A DNA stretch of 63,962 nucleotides, counting the filler, from Octopus bimaculoides (lineage: Eukaryota): NCBI RefSeq assembly GCF_001194135.2. It is 5 parts of 5 records of this genome, joined end to end, with 100 filler letters (N's around TTAATTAATTAA, not from the genome) between each part and the next. Parts side by side here need not be neighbours in the genome. Positions count along the whole stretch, not along the records: positions 28,638 to 59,008 come from NC_068993.1; 4 more parts are not named here. One strand, 5' to 3'. A model generated the notes under the pieces. That model was not told the origin of the DNA and made no database searches. It worked only from the letters and a program-made list of their open reading frames with translations. The stretch's first letter is position 1; every line of letters starts with the position of its first letter. Of this stretch, positions 42,580 through 55,369 are shown in pieces. The position numbers were made by a program, and so were the translations under genes.

Positions 42580-44452
42580 CTTACCGTGTATACCCTTCCG
42601 AAGAATATTAATAAATTATCTTCACCAGTTAACAAGTATTATCAAAAATATGTTTTATTAATCATAGAAACCATTAAATTCCTCGTCACTCTCATCTAAT
42701 ACATCATAATTAGATACAACTGCTGGTAGTTCATTACCATCAGAGCCACCCTCGTTTTAAATTGCCTCATCCTCTGTACCATCCATGTTGCTTATGCCAC
42801 ACTTTTAAAGGCTTTTACAATCACTTCTTTCTTCACACCATTCCACGAATTCTTCACCCAGCCGCAAACTTCACTAACTGTTGGCTTCCTAACTTTTCCT
42901 GTTGGTGTTACGTTGGAATCAATCCCTTGCATTCACTTGCTCCATTCATTTCTCATTAATTCCTTGAATGGTTTGTTGATACTGACGTCCAGAGGTTGAA
43001 GTTAGCATATTTCTGAAGTTTTGCCAACTTTTTTGTTTCATCAGTTATTTGTGCCCTGAACTAATCTAAAACACCAGCATAGATGGCTTCTTAAAAAGGT
43101 TCCCAGGTTTCTTACTCCAAATGTTCTCGAATCAAAGCTTCATACCATCTTAATATCCAGCCCTTTGCTTGAACATGCGCAAGAACTCCTTCAGGCAGCT
43201 TCTCCTTTGGAAGTGTCTTCCTTTTGAAAATGACCAACTGGGTACCATCAGCACAGCATGCCAAGACAACTGTGTAATGAGTCTTCTCATGCGCACTTGT
43301 CTTGATGGCCACTGTTTTGGCCCCCTTTTGATTCACAGTTTTGTTGGAAGGAACATTAAAGGTATGTGGGACTTTGAACTTTGCCACAGAGCAAATATGG
43401 ACGAAGTTGAGATTCTTGCGTAAATTAATGATATAAGAATGAAGCTTAAGAATCTTTTCTTCATAAGCATCAGGTATCTTCTGAGCAAGCTTGGTTCTAG
43501 TCCTTAGACTCAAACCATTCCGCTTCATAAAACGGAAGCACCAGATAAGCGTGCCTTTAAAATCAGTTGTCTCTTGTCCTTTCTCTTTGCTCTTTTTTTT
43601 TATCTCCTGAGCAATTCTTCTTCCTTCGTCGATGAGGATCCTTGTCAAAACAAATGTACCAGTTTGCCTTTCGACCCAGCGTTTGAGTTTTTCTCCAGAT
43701 TTGGCCACCTTGCATTTTTGCCTTGTGCTGCTCTCTTCATCCTTGGCATCTGTAAAAGTTCATCTTTGTGCTTTCTCCGCAGTCCAATCATGGCAGCCGT
43801 AGAAGGAGGCCCAAACTTGCTGCAGCTTTATTTCCATGTTCCTCTGCAAACTTTATCACTTTCAGTATTAAATTTGCAGGATATGAAATGCGCTTTTCAT
43901 TCTTGGACATTTTTACGCTAATAAAAAAACAAATATCTATAAAAGGAGTAATGCAGGATCAATTTAAAGAACAGTAGACAATACCTAAGTTTGTGTCTCA
44001 GTTGAATTTCAATATTTTGGTTATGCTACATTCACGCCTGTTTCAGTGTGAGCTGCATTGCCATATATGGCTATTGAGCATGCTTGCTGTCTCTGATTGT
44101 GTATTCGCTCGCAATTTTAAATACAACATAGAACTTCAGTGTTAATACAAAAATACGGATTTAATAGTATCAGTGAGCATGAGTAAGTACTGCTTGGTAG
44201 ACGATTATCGTTCGTGATGGTTGCTTTACGTGCATGCCGTCTTGGCGAACGGATAGCAACTCATCCAATAGGACGTCGCAACCCGTTGGATGTTGGCCTG
44301 AAGCTTGCGATGTTGTAAGTCATGGAAATTTGAGGTTCGAGCAATTAAGTAATTTATTAATATCTATAGTGCTATCCATGTACAAGAAACCCTGATATTT
44401 TTTTAATCTAATTTTTGACAAAAAAGGGTTCCTTATACACGTTAAAATGCGG
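42580..44452 (-). mobile_element. pogo-superfamily (Passer/POGK-like) DNA transposon, decayed
   Basis: 5' end on the minus strand CCGCATTTTAACGTGTATAAGGAACCC...GGGTTTCTTGTACATGG (subterminal palindrome); encodes the transposase remnant below; 3' TIR not cleanly resolved, so the left boundary is approximate. Confidence 0.75.
42658..43910 (-). pseudogene. pogo/POGK-like transposase (BrkDBD-like + CENP-B HTH + DDE_1), frameshifted
   Basis: MSKNEKRISYPANLILKVIKFAEEHGNKAAA; WCFRFMKRNGLSLRTRTKLAQKIP; HEKTHYTVVLACCADGT..IFKRKTLPKE; AKGW; LQPLDVSINKPFKE; GISNMDGTEDEAI; acidic tail DESDEEFNGFYD-stop. Confidence 0.9.
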
Positions 44453-44461
44453 GACATAGAT

Positions 44462-44575
<114 letters not shown>

Positions 44576-44579
44576 GTGT

Positions 44580-44798
44580 TTGTGTATCAGTGTTTGTCCC
44601 CCCATCATTGCTTGACAACCGATGCTGGTGTGTTTACGTCCTCGTAACTTAGCGGTTCGGCAAAAAGAGATCGATAGAATAAGTACTAGGCTTCCAAAGA
44701 ATAAGTCCTGGGTCGATTTGCTCGACTAAAAAGCAGTGCTCCAGCATGGCCACAGTCAATTGACTGAAACAAGTAAAAGTGTAAAAAGAGTAAAGAGT
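44580..44798 (+). mobile_element. SINE S1 3' half (low divergence)
   Basis: GTTTGTCCCCCC...GTAACTTAGCGGTTCGGCAAAA...CCAGCATGGCCACAGTCAATTGACTGAAACAAGTAAAAG. Confidence 0.9.
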
Positions 44799-45324
44799 AT
44801 ATATATACGCACCTATACAAATATAGTAATAACAATCCTTGGGTGGAATTTATAGACATTTAAATGTTCATAAATTCCATCCAAGGGTTATTATTGCTAT
44901 TACTATATTTATACTACATCATATCGGTACAGCTCCATGCAACCCCGCCCCCACTCAAATGGTTCACCTGTCAGCATCATTAAACTTTGGTAGGCTTTAT
45001 CTACACATTCAAAATGTTTCCAGTAAACAAATTTGAAAAGAGCATATATACAAATATATATACATACACCCATAAATACACTCACATACTCATATAAACA
45101 TACACACACAAATAAACGTGTACACACACACACATATATACATACATACGCATGAATACATTCATATGCATAAATACACATACACACACATATACATACA
45201 CATATAAATACATATACATATATATGCACTATAAAAATACACTACATGCATTCATAAATATAATGGATACACATTGGGTTCCAAAATTAATTGAAACTAC
45301 ACTAATTAAATAGATAATATTGCT

Positions 45325-45635
45325 AGTCCCACTGGCAACATGGGCGAGTGTCTTCTACTATAGCGACGAGCCAACCAAAGCCTTGTGAGTGGTTTTGTTA
45401 GATGGAAACTGAAAGAAGCCCGTCGTATATGTATGTATGTATGTGTTTGTCCCTACCACAACTTAACAAGCAATGTTGTATTTACGTCCCCGTAACTTAG
45501 CAATTCGGCAAAAATGAATAGAATAAGTTCCAAGCTTAAAATGAAAATACGTACAGGGTCGATTCGTTTGACTAAAATTCTTCAAAGTGGTGCTCCAGCA
45601 TAGCCGTAGTCTAATGACTGAGACAAGTAAAATAT
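45325..45635 (+). mobile_element. SINE S1, 5'-truncated
   Basis: GTGTCTTCTACTATAGC...GGAAACTGAAAGAAGCCCGTCG...GGTGCTCCAGCATAGCCGTAGTCTAATGACTGAGACAAGTAAAA. Confidence 0.85.
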
Positions 45636-46599
45636 AAACGATAAATGCGTTATATGGGTTATACAAATGGTGGTGTTGTTGCTGTTTAGTCACAGTTCAG
45701 CTCATATCGAACAGACATGATCAAATGCATCCCAGCTGTCATTTTCTCGTCCAAATCCGACACTGTATTCCAATATAGCTTTCTATTTAAGACGGTATGA
45801 TGTGATTTTAAAAAGATTTGTCTGTTATTTCTAACAGGGCGAATGACTGTGTAAAGATCCTATCGGTGATGGTAGTTGCATGAAAGACAGCAGAGGGTGT
45901 GGTTATGGCTATATTTGGTGAGGTGGTTACTGTTGGTACGTTTTGATCTCACCCTGACCATAATGAAAAACTTCCCACCCCAAGATATTCTAACGGAAGA
46001 ATCACCATCCTGTCAAAATCATGTAACCAATATGAAAAGAATAAACACTGTACAAGACAAAGTGAGGTGTACATAATTCTTTATATAAAAAGGTGTGTAA
46101 ATGTTTACAAACAATTTTTAGAACATTTTAAAATATATTTTACATTCAAGTTTACCAGATCATGAGAATATTCAGAGTTTATGAATGAAAAATGTATAAG
46201 TCTTTTAAAAATATCACACACAATAAAGTAATTTCAATTATTTTTTTTAATGAAAATTTTATTAAGAAACCTAATTTTAATTAAAACTAATTCGAAAAGA
46301 GCTGTCAACGATGGTTGCTGTACCACTTCGCCTTCGATTAATTCAAGGGAGATAATTTGGGTAACGTTATAAACGAAACTAAATTTTATATTAAGCTTTC
46401 AAAACTCTTCCACATTGAAAGAAGGAATATAAAAAGGAAATTTAATTTAAATGTAAATATTTTTTTTTTATCTCAATGGAAACTAGTCTATTGATTAGTC
46501 TATCTGTTTTACCAACAGCCCACTAGATGGTCACTATAAAGTGTGTGTTTAAAATTTCACTTTCTCTTTTTCCTCTTCCTTTTTAATGGTTTCGTTTTA

Positions 46600-47110
46600 T
46601 GCCTATCTTGCACATAAAAGCTTTTGAAATATTTCACAATTGCTCATTGTGTTGCTAGCAAAAATACTCGACCTCGTAAAATGATTAATGGCTATAAGAC
46701 AGGCTTTTTCTTTATTGTTATCAAAGAGCTGCTTTTATATTAGATATGTAAGTTTTATCACAGATTAAAGCAGTATGTTGTCAACCCATCCCCGTTCTTT
46801 TATTTCATCATTGATGACACTTGAAATTATCTTCATAGGTTGTTGTCCCAGTTCGTTCGTTAATAATTAATTGCAATATTTAGGAGTGTATTATCACAAT
46901 GTCATTTGCTCAATACCATAATTATCAGTTAAATTTCTAAATTTACCAAATCTTGTGTCATAACAAGCCACAACAGTCATTAACCGTTCCAGAGCTCACA
47001 GTATACCTGAGTGAAACATAAGAGAAAAAAACAATACTGTCATATCAAATAGGTTTTGTCTCCTTCCTCTGCCATTTATCTATTGGTTAGGATCATTCAT
47101 AAATAACTTT
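46600..47110 (-). pseudogene. possible second hAT transposase remnant
   Basis: Minus-strand YTPKYCN*LLTNELGQQPMKIISSVINDEIKE followed by CDKTYISNIKAAL (like ADETxDISNxEQL); heavily decayed. Confidence 0.4.
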
Positions 47111-47667
47111 CATTGAATGAAAGTGATATATTATAAAAGTAAAGAGAAACTAGTTTAAATCAATAAACAAAATTAGATATGATCACATTTAATTTCTGAT
47201 ACTTTGTGAATGCAAAATACAACCTGAGTGATAGGGATGAAGGTGGTGGAATATAAAATAAAATATATTCAGTAAAAACAAAGTAAAGCTCAGCTTCAAT
47301 AGAGATCATAAGTATAAAACAGTGTTAAAGTTTTGAGAATCAATTAGATATTTTCTTAAATACAAACATTCTGTCAAATCTTTCAACAGTTTTTTGTTGT
47401 TTTTCTTGTCACTTTATTCATTTATAAGTGGGGGAAGAGTCATCTGAAGAACATTTTAAAAACATCAACGAGATTTTATTTTATATGATTGTTTTGGTAA
47501 TAGCGCGAAGATAATTAAATATATATCACTCATTTTTAATAACATAAATAGTTCAGAACTGAAATAAAGAGTAAAATAAAGTGTACACAATGGTGAATGT
47601 ATTTATTTTGTGAAAGCAAGTCATAATTGCTATAATCAAATCAGATGGGTAATAACTATGTCACTCT

Positions 47668-47713
<46 letters not shown>

Positions 47714-48483
47714 CAGCAGTTGTGTGTGTGTGTGTGTATATATATANNNNNNNNNNNNNNNNNNNNNNNNNNNNNNNNNNNNNNNNNNNNNNNNNNNNNN
47801 NNNNNNNNNNNNNNNNNNNNNNNNNNNNNNNNNNNNNNNNNNNNNNNNNNNNNNNNNNNNNNNNNNNNNNNNNNNNNNNNNNNNNNNNNNNNNNNNNNNN
47901 NNNNNNNNNNNNNNNNNNNNNNNNNNNNNNNNNNNNNNNNNNNNNNNNNNNNNNNNNNNNNNNNNNNNNNNNNNNNNNNNNNNNNNNNNNNNNNNNNNNN
48001 NNNNNNNNNNNNNNNNNNNNNNNNNNNNNNNNNNNNNNNNNNNNNNNNNNNNNNNNNNNNNNNNNNNNNNNNNNNNNNNNNNNNNNNNNNNNNNNNNNNN
48101 NNNNNNNNNNNNNNNNNNNNNNNNNNNNNNNNNNNNNNNNNNNNNNNNNNNNNNNNNNNNNNNNNNNNNNNNNNNNNNNNNNNNNNNNNNNNNNNNNNNN
48201 NNNNNNNNNNNNNNNNNNNNNNNNNNNNNNNNNNNNNNNNNNNNNNNNNNNNNNNNNNNNNNNNNNNNNNNNNNNNNNNNNNNCCTTCAGATCAAGCAGT
48301 CAATGATTAAGCATTGGTTTCACCAACTTGTTTCATTTGCCAAGGTTGCTGCAGTCAAACTGAAAGTAAAATAGATTGCGGTAACAAAAGAGATAGAAAA
48401 TATCTATTCAGATTTCTTAATCTCTAATTACTTTTTAATCAACAGAAAGCAACTCTCTACTTTTTAAAGACTAAAAATAATAA

Positions 48484-48527
<44 letters not shown>

Positions 48528-48674
48528 TCATGTATTGAGTTCTCCCTCTCTCTCTCTCTCTCTCATATGTCCTACCAAATATTTAAATAACACATACATT
48601 CGCACATATACATCTGTTAAAAATGTATCAATGATTATGAATTTCTAAATATTGATTACTTATACTGTCACAAG

Positions 48675-48952
48675 ATAGTTGGCATTTGGTGTGGCAGACC
48701 ACACCATTGATGGTGCCACTTAAAAAGCACCCAGCCTGCTCTGTAAAGTGGTTGGCGTTAGGAAGGGCATTTATCCATAAAAACCATGCAAAAGATACTT
48801 CACCGGTTTTGGTGCCATGTGAAAAGCACCTGGTCCAGGCTGTAAAGTGGTTGGTGTTAGGAAGGGCATTTATCCATAAAAACCATGCAAAAGATACTTC
48901 ACCGGTTTTGGTGCCATGTGAAAAGCACCTGGTCCAGGCTGTAAAGTGGTTG
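48675..48952 (+). mobile_element. RTE-LINE 3' UTR fragment containing a 99-bp tandem repeat
   Basis: CTGTAAAGTGGTTGG(C/T)GTTAGGAAGGGCAT matches the RTE 3' UTR at ~53945-53980; unit starts at 48741, 48840 and 48939. Confidence 0.75.
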
Positions 48953-49488
48953 NNNNNNNNNNNNNNNNNNNNNNNNNNNNNNNNNNNNNNNNNNNNNNNN
49001 NNNNNNNNNNNNNNNNNNNNNNNNNNNNNNNNNNNNNNNNNNNNNNNNNNNNNNNNNNNNNNNNNNNNNNNNNNNNNNNNNNNNNNNNNNNNNNNNNNNN
49101 NNNNNNNNNNNNNNNNNNNNNNNNNNNNNNNNNNNNNNNNNNNNNNNNNNNNNNNNNNNNNNNNNNNNNNNNNNNNNNNNNNNNNNNNNNNNNNNNNNNN
49201 NNNNNNNNNNNNNNNNNNNNNNNNNNNNNNNNNNNNNNNNNNNNNNNNNNNNNNNNNNNNNNNNNNNNNNNNNNNNNNNNNNNNNNNNNNNNNNNNNNNN
49301 NNNNNNNNNNNNNNNNNNNNNNNNNNNNNNNNNNNNNNNNNNNNNNNNNNNNNNNNNNNNNNNNNNNNNNNNNNNNNNNNNNNNNNNNNNNNNNNNNNNN
49401 NNNNNNNNNNNNNNNNNNNNNNNNNNNNNNNNNNNNNNNNNNNNNNNNNNNNNNNNNNNNNNNNNNNNNNNNNNNNNNNNNNNNNNNT

Positions 49489-50150
49489 CATCATCATCAT
49501 CGTTTTATGTCTGCTTTCCATGTTGGCATGGGTTGGACAGTTTGACTGAGGACTGGTGAGCCAGAGGCTGCACCAAGTTCAACCTGATCTGGCAAAGTTT
49601 CTACAGCTGGATGCCCTTCCTAATGCCAACGTCTCCGAGTGTGTAGTGGGTGCTTTTACATGCCACCAGGACAAGGGCCAGTCAGGCAGTTCTGCCAATG
49701 AGCATGCTCAAAAGGTGTTTTTACATGCTACCTGCACAGGAGCCAGTCCGGCAGTACTGGTAACAACCACACTTGAATGTTGTTTTTCATGTGCCACCAG
49801 CACATATGCTAGTAAAGCGATGCTGGCAACAATCATGCACAAATGGTACTTTTCACATGTCACCAGCATGGTTGCCAATCTGTGGCCCTGGCAACAATCA
49901 CGCTCAGATGTGCTTTTAACGTTCCACTGGCACAAGTGCCAATTAGGCGGTACTGTCATCGGCCATGTTAGTGATTTTGATTTGTTTACACTTGCCTCAA
50001 TAGGTCTTCGCAAGCAAAGTTCATTGTCCAATGAATGAGGGGTACTCATAAGTGGGCCGTTTACACCCTATGTTCGGATGTGCTTTTAACTTTCCACTGG
50101 CATGAGTGTCAATCAGGTGGTACCGTCATCGGGCACATCAACAATTTTGA
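49489..50150 (-). mobile_element. RTE-LINE 3' UTR/tail with internal duplication
   Basis: (CAT)n tail, TTTCCATGTTGGCATGGGTTGGACAGTTTGAC and TTTCTACAGCTGGATGCCCTTCCTAATGCCAAC are reverse complements of 53940-54092; ~80-bp segment repeated at ~49905 and ~50075. Confidence 0.8.
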
Positions 50151-50344
50151 TGGGTGAATAAAATTTGTCCAGACCACCATGCTTGGCTTTTATTACTCTA
50201 TCTACAGTGTTAGTTCAGCCCATGTTATTTTATAGCTGACTACAAACTTTGCTTCTGTCATAAAACTGGTCTGTAGCTCTCAGTAGGTTGCATCATGTAT
50301 TATAAGCTTGTGTCCTACTTTTCATTATACGTAGGCATGACTAT

Positions 50345-50700
50345 AGGTGTTGTTGTGGCTATGTAGTTAAGATGTTTTGTTTCGCAATCGCATGGTTTCC
50401 GGTTCAGTCCCACTGTGAGGCAACTTAAGACAAGTGTCTACTACTATAGCCTCAAACTCACCAATATATTGTAAGTGAATTTGAAAGATGGAAACTGAAA
50501 AAAACCGGCTGTGTGTGTTTGTTACTCCTTTCTTGATATTACATGATTATTGTAAATGAATGTTATGCATTTCCAATGTTCTGCAAACACATGTCTGGCC
50601 ATGTGGATGGACATCTGGCTGCAGGAAATCTACCTGAATAAACTCCATCCAACCCATGCAAACATGGAAAAGTAGGTGTTAAAAAATGATGATGGTGATG
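50345..50700 (+). mobile_element. SINE S1-head variant with RTE-like tail
   Basis: GGTTCAGTCCCACTG...GGAAACTGAAA head; ends CCAACCCATGCAAACATGGAAAAG...GATGATGGTGATG. Confidence 0.75.
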
Positions 50701-51982
50701 CACCATGTACAATCACTCTGAACATATACTTTGTAGAAGAATGTTTCAATCACTACATCTTATTCAGAATGTATTTTCTCTTTTGGCCAGTCAAGCTCTT
50801 ACAACAAAGTTACTAATTATTAGCCTATTTTCATAAGGAAAGACTTGGTATTTATAATTATCTGTTTATCTTGTTTCTTAGTAGGAATGTAATCTGTTTA
50901 GCTTACATGTTCATCTGATCAATAAGTAATCAAGTGACTGGTCGGTTTCTTGAAGCACATGTCACACAACTACAGCAGCCTATGCATGCGTGTGTGTGTG
51001 TGATGGTGGTGGGGAGAAAGAGGTGCAATTAAAACAAAAAAACAAGCAAAGAGAAACAACTTAGGAAGGCCTTTGGTATGAATTTAGACAATAAACATAG
51101 ATGAAAGTTTACTAAATACCACATGAGATACATTCCCGATTAATGTTTACCTGAGAAGGTAAGCAAATGCTTAGTGGCAATTGCAATCAATCCTGAATGA
51201 GAAGAGGAGATAATCTCAACAATCAAGAATTTTTCAGGAATGACATGTCATTAAGGAAAAGTTCACTTTTTTCTACCATCATGCATGTATATTTTATATA
51301 TATATATATATNNNNNNNNNNNNNNNNNNNNNNNNNNNNNNNNNNNNNNNNNNNNNNNNNNNNNNNNNNNNNNNNNNNNNNNNNNNNNNNNNNNNNNNNN
51401 NNNNNNNNNNNNNNNNNNNNNNNNNNNNNNNNNNNNNNNNNNNNNNNNNNNNNNNNNNNNNNNNNNNNNNNNNNNNNNNNNNNNNNNNNNNNNNNNNNNN
51501 NNNNNNNNNNNNNNNNNNNNNNNNNNNNNNNNNNNNNNNNNNNNNNNNNNNNNNNNNNNNNNNNNNNNNNNNNNNNNNNNNNNNNNNNNNNNNNNNNNNN
51601 NNNNNNNNNNNNNNNNNNNNNNNNNNNNNNNNNNNNNNNNNNNNNNNNNNNNNNNNNNNNNNNNNNNNNNNNNNNNNNNNNNNNNNNNNNNNNNNNNNNN
51701 NNNNGGATAGATTCCACTGAAATTAGATAAATAACTTTCGAACAGATAGTCGGCAGCGCTGCCTGGCTAGGGCTTGGCTGCTCTGCATTGACAAGGGGCA
51801 ACACCCTGAAACTAGTCTGCAGATGCCAAACCAGCAGGGGGACACTGCTGACCTCCCCTGTTTGAAGGTTATAAAGGACACAGGTTTCGTGTGTCACATA
51901 GCTAGCTAGAGGCGATGGCTTCTTGGAGCTAATTCACGGCAGCTTTCGTCCTAATTTTGGGACTGCCATGTAGGCTTGGCGA

Positions 51983-52019
<37 letters not shown>

Positions 52020-52163
52020 GGAAGGAAGGTTGGAAGGATGGACAGACAGACAGACTGACAGACATACATGGCTTGTCACCAAATGGGAGAGCATCACTTT
52101 TCAGACAAGCATGGAGATCCTGCATATCTGTTTCTTAACTTAGACATCTTTTAATTCTTTCTT

Positions 52164-54092
52164 TGGAAGAACTACTTTGAAGGGCTATTAAATGTGGAGA
52201 ATGAGTGGGAGAAAGGAAGTCTCCCTCATGTGCACCCAACAGAGGGAGCAGCTATCCTACTTGATAGCAGCATGTTAGCTAAGGCAATTAAAAATATGAA
52301 GACAGGGATGGCTCCTGGTCCATCAGGACTCACAGCTGGTAGAGTTGGATATGGCTTAATCACGTGTATAGTTAATAAGGTTATTCAGGAAGGCATAATC
52401 CTTAGAGACTGCTGCAGTAGCATCATAATCTGCTGCTACAATGAGAAGGGGGATGCCTCAGACAGACTTAATTATGGAGGTATCAAATTACTGAACCAGG
52501 TGATGAAAGTTGTGAAGAGACAGTTATTTAGAGACAGAATTAGATTAGTTTTGCACCACTGATATTATTTTCATAGTCAGACAACTGCAAGAGAAGTATT
52601 CAGCTAAGGGTATTTGTTGATCTAGAGAAAGCTTTTGACAGAGTACCTCACTATATAATATGGTAGTCTCTGAGGAAGTTAAGGGTAGATGAATGGCTTG
52701 TGAAAGCAATACAGGCCATGTACAATGGCGCTGTTAGCCATGGGTACAGTGATGAATCTAGTGTACAGGTAGGAGTTCAAGGCTTGGTCTTCAGCCCCTC
52801 GAATTCATCCAAGCCATACCAGATGAATTTAAGACTGGAAGCTCATGAAAACTACTATATGATGATGACCTCACTTTCATAGCAGAGTCTGTAACAGAAT
52901 TAGAAAAGAAATTCCAGGTGTGGAAACAGAACTTGGAATCAAAGGGTCTTGAAGTTAACTTAGCAAAGATCAAGGTCCTAGTAAGCAAGAAATTGGACAG
53001 AACCTTTCACCCTTCAGGTAAAAGGCCCTGCTTGGTATGTAAGAAGGGTGTAGGTGGAAATTCCATTCGATGTACCCAGTGCAAGCTATAGACACACAAG
53101 AGATGCTATGGAATAATAGGCAGATTAAGAAAGTGAGGTTTGTATGTGGAATATGTATAGGAGCCATAAAAGACCACAGAGAAAACAGGAAATCAATTTC
53201 CTCAAATGTCCCAGAGGCTGTCTGGAAGTTGTAGATATTTTCTGCTACCTAGGTAACCTAATTAGCGGTGGAAGAGGTTGTACAAAAAGTATAATTGCTA
53301 GAAAAAGAATAGGATGAAGAAAGTTCAGAGAGTTTTTATTTCTCACAGAGTGAAAGAAGTTTGTATGATGCATGCATACAAACTGCAATGCTACATGGTA
53401 GTGAGATATGGGCCCTGCATGTAGAGGACATGCGGAGACTAGAGAGGAAAGAAGCTGGTATGCTCTGCTTGATGTGCAATGTCAGTGTACATGTGCAACA
53501 GAGCAGTAGTGTATTGAGTGAAAAGTTTGGCATAAGAGGAATTAGATGCAGTGTGCAAAAGAGGAGATTGTGCTGGTTTGGTCACATATGAATGGATGAG
53601 GACAGTTACATAAGCAAGTGCCAATTACTGAAAGTGGAGAGAAGTTGAAGAAGAGGGAGACCCAGAAGATATGGGACAAAATGCTGAGCCTCATGAAGAT
53701 GACAAAGAAATATGGTGCATGGCTGTACAAGGAAACCTGCTCATGACAACAAAATTGGTATCCTAAAATCAAAGTGCAATATAAAAAGCATTGGTCATGG
53801 TGTTGATTGCCACATAAAAAGCACTAGTGCTGATGCCATGTAAAAAGTACTAGTGCCATGTAAAAAGTACTAGTGCCATGTAAAAAGTACTAGTGCCATG
53901 TAAAAATCACTGGTGACAGTGCCAAATTAAAAGCAGCCAGTACACTCTGTAAAGTGGTTGGTGCTAGAAAGGGCATCCAGCTGTAGAAACCATACCAAAA
54001 CAGGCTACAAAACCTGGTGCAGCCCATCAGTTCCTGTTAAACCATAGAACCCAAGCCAGCATGGAAAACAGACATCAGAAGATGATGATGAT
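52164..54092 (+). mobile_element. RTE-clade LINE, 5'-truncated, decayed RT ORF plus 3' UTR
   Basis: AIKNMKTGMAPGPSG; NYGGIKLLNQVMKV; IFIVRQLQEKY; FVDLEKAFDRVP; LLYDDDL; NLESKGLEVNLAKIKV; Cys-rich insert CLVCKKGVGGNSIRCTQCK..HKRC; LEVVDIFCYLG; LYDACIQTAMLHGSEIW; WFGH; (GAT)n tail. Confidence 0.95.
53834..53913 (+). repeat. 20-bp tandem repeat x4 in the RTE 3' UTR
   Basis: TGCCATGTAAAAAGTACTAG x3 plus one variant. Confidence 0.9.
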
Positions 54093-54669
54093 ATGTGAGC
54101 GTGCATGTGCGCATGTGCATGCACACAGTCATTTATTTGAAGTTGGTGATCCACTCCACTGCCATTCTGAGATTCACACATCTGTCAGAATGTACAAAAG
54201 TGACAGAATGGTTGGTGAATAACTCATCACTTTCAAATGAATAAATACATTCTATTTAATGCAGTCAGTGCTTTTTCTCCTGCTAGTACATGCAGAGAGA
54301 CAGAGAAAAAAACAGACAGAAAAAGAGAGAGATATATATACATGGATGGATGGTTATGCAGACACAAACAAATGGACAGGCAAGCAGACAGATATTATTT
54401 GACTTACCTGCATAAAGTAAATAATTCTGTAAACATTTTGGTAAACCAAGAAATGGAACTGCAGACAGAAGTGTACGACCAAGCAGTTTACGAATATTCC
54501 GGCGGCAGATGTATAACAGAGGCATCATCTTGTCTAGAAATACATGCAAAACTAAATTTGAAATAGAGTTTTTCATTTAGTTAAGGAAGTAGTATTTAGG
54601 AATATATTTAAAGAATCAAATATATTCTTAGAAAAATGAAGCAACTGATGTCCAAACTTGAACTTTTGT

Positions 54670-55308
54670 GGTTTGGTGGCATGGGTTGGACAGTTTGACA
54701 GAAACTGATCAACCTGTATACAAGAGTAACCATGTTTTTACTTAGCTTGAAGTGTCTTTTCAAGTACAGCAAACCATCATGAGTCTCAGTCCCCTGTCAT
54801 CCCCCACTGTGAGTCCCAGTGTTTGTAGATCCTTTCTCACCAATTAATCCCATGTCTTCCTAGGTCTACTCCTTCCCCATGTTCCCTCTACAACTAGAAA
54901 TTTGCCTTATGCAAACATTACCAATCCAGCAAAGTATACTGGCTTCATTTCTTTCAAGTCTTTGCATATCCTCAGTAGTCACAGCCCATGTTTCACTGTC
55001 ATGCAGCATAGCTGTTTGTACACAGGCATCATACAGTCTGCCTTTCATTCTGAGGGAGAGGCTTTCATTATTAATGGAGGTAGTAGCTCTCTGAACTTCA
55101 CTCAGCCTATTCTTATTCTAGCAGCCATGCTTTCAGAATGACTACGCCCACTACTAACTTGGTTACCCAAATAACAGAAACAGTCTACTACTTTTAGGGA
55201 TCCCCCTGGCATATGAGGGAGTCTATTTTTAGAACATTCCTGGTGTTTAATGTACCTGCACTTCTGCCATATTTAAGGACTATTTTCTCTGTTAGTCTGC
55301 CAGTGATA

Positions 55309-55312
<4 letters not shown>
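54670..55312 (-). mobile_element. RTE-clade LINE 3' fragment
   Basis: Minus-strand SITGRL...LKVVDCFCYLGNQVSSG...ARIRIG*VKFRELLP...MKGRLYDACVQTAMLHDSETW; ends in the GTCAAACTGTCCAACCCATGCC tail. Confidence 0.9.

Positions 55313-55364
<52 letters not shown>

Positions 55365-55369
<5 letters not shown>

Noticed and set aside
51821-51850. CCAGCAGGGGGACAC (and CCACTAGATGGTCAC at 46520) resembling CTCF motifs
   Set aside because: 3' part departs from consensus; such matches are expected by chance without ChIP data
53834-53913. Regular 20-bp repeats as a CRISPR-like array
   Set aside because: Contiguous tandem units with no spacers, inside a eukaryotic LINE 3' UTR
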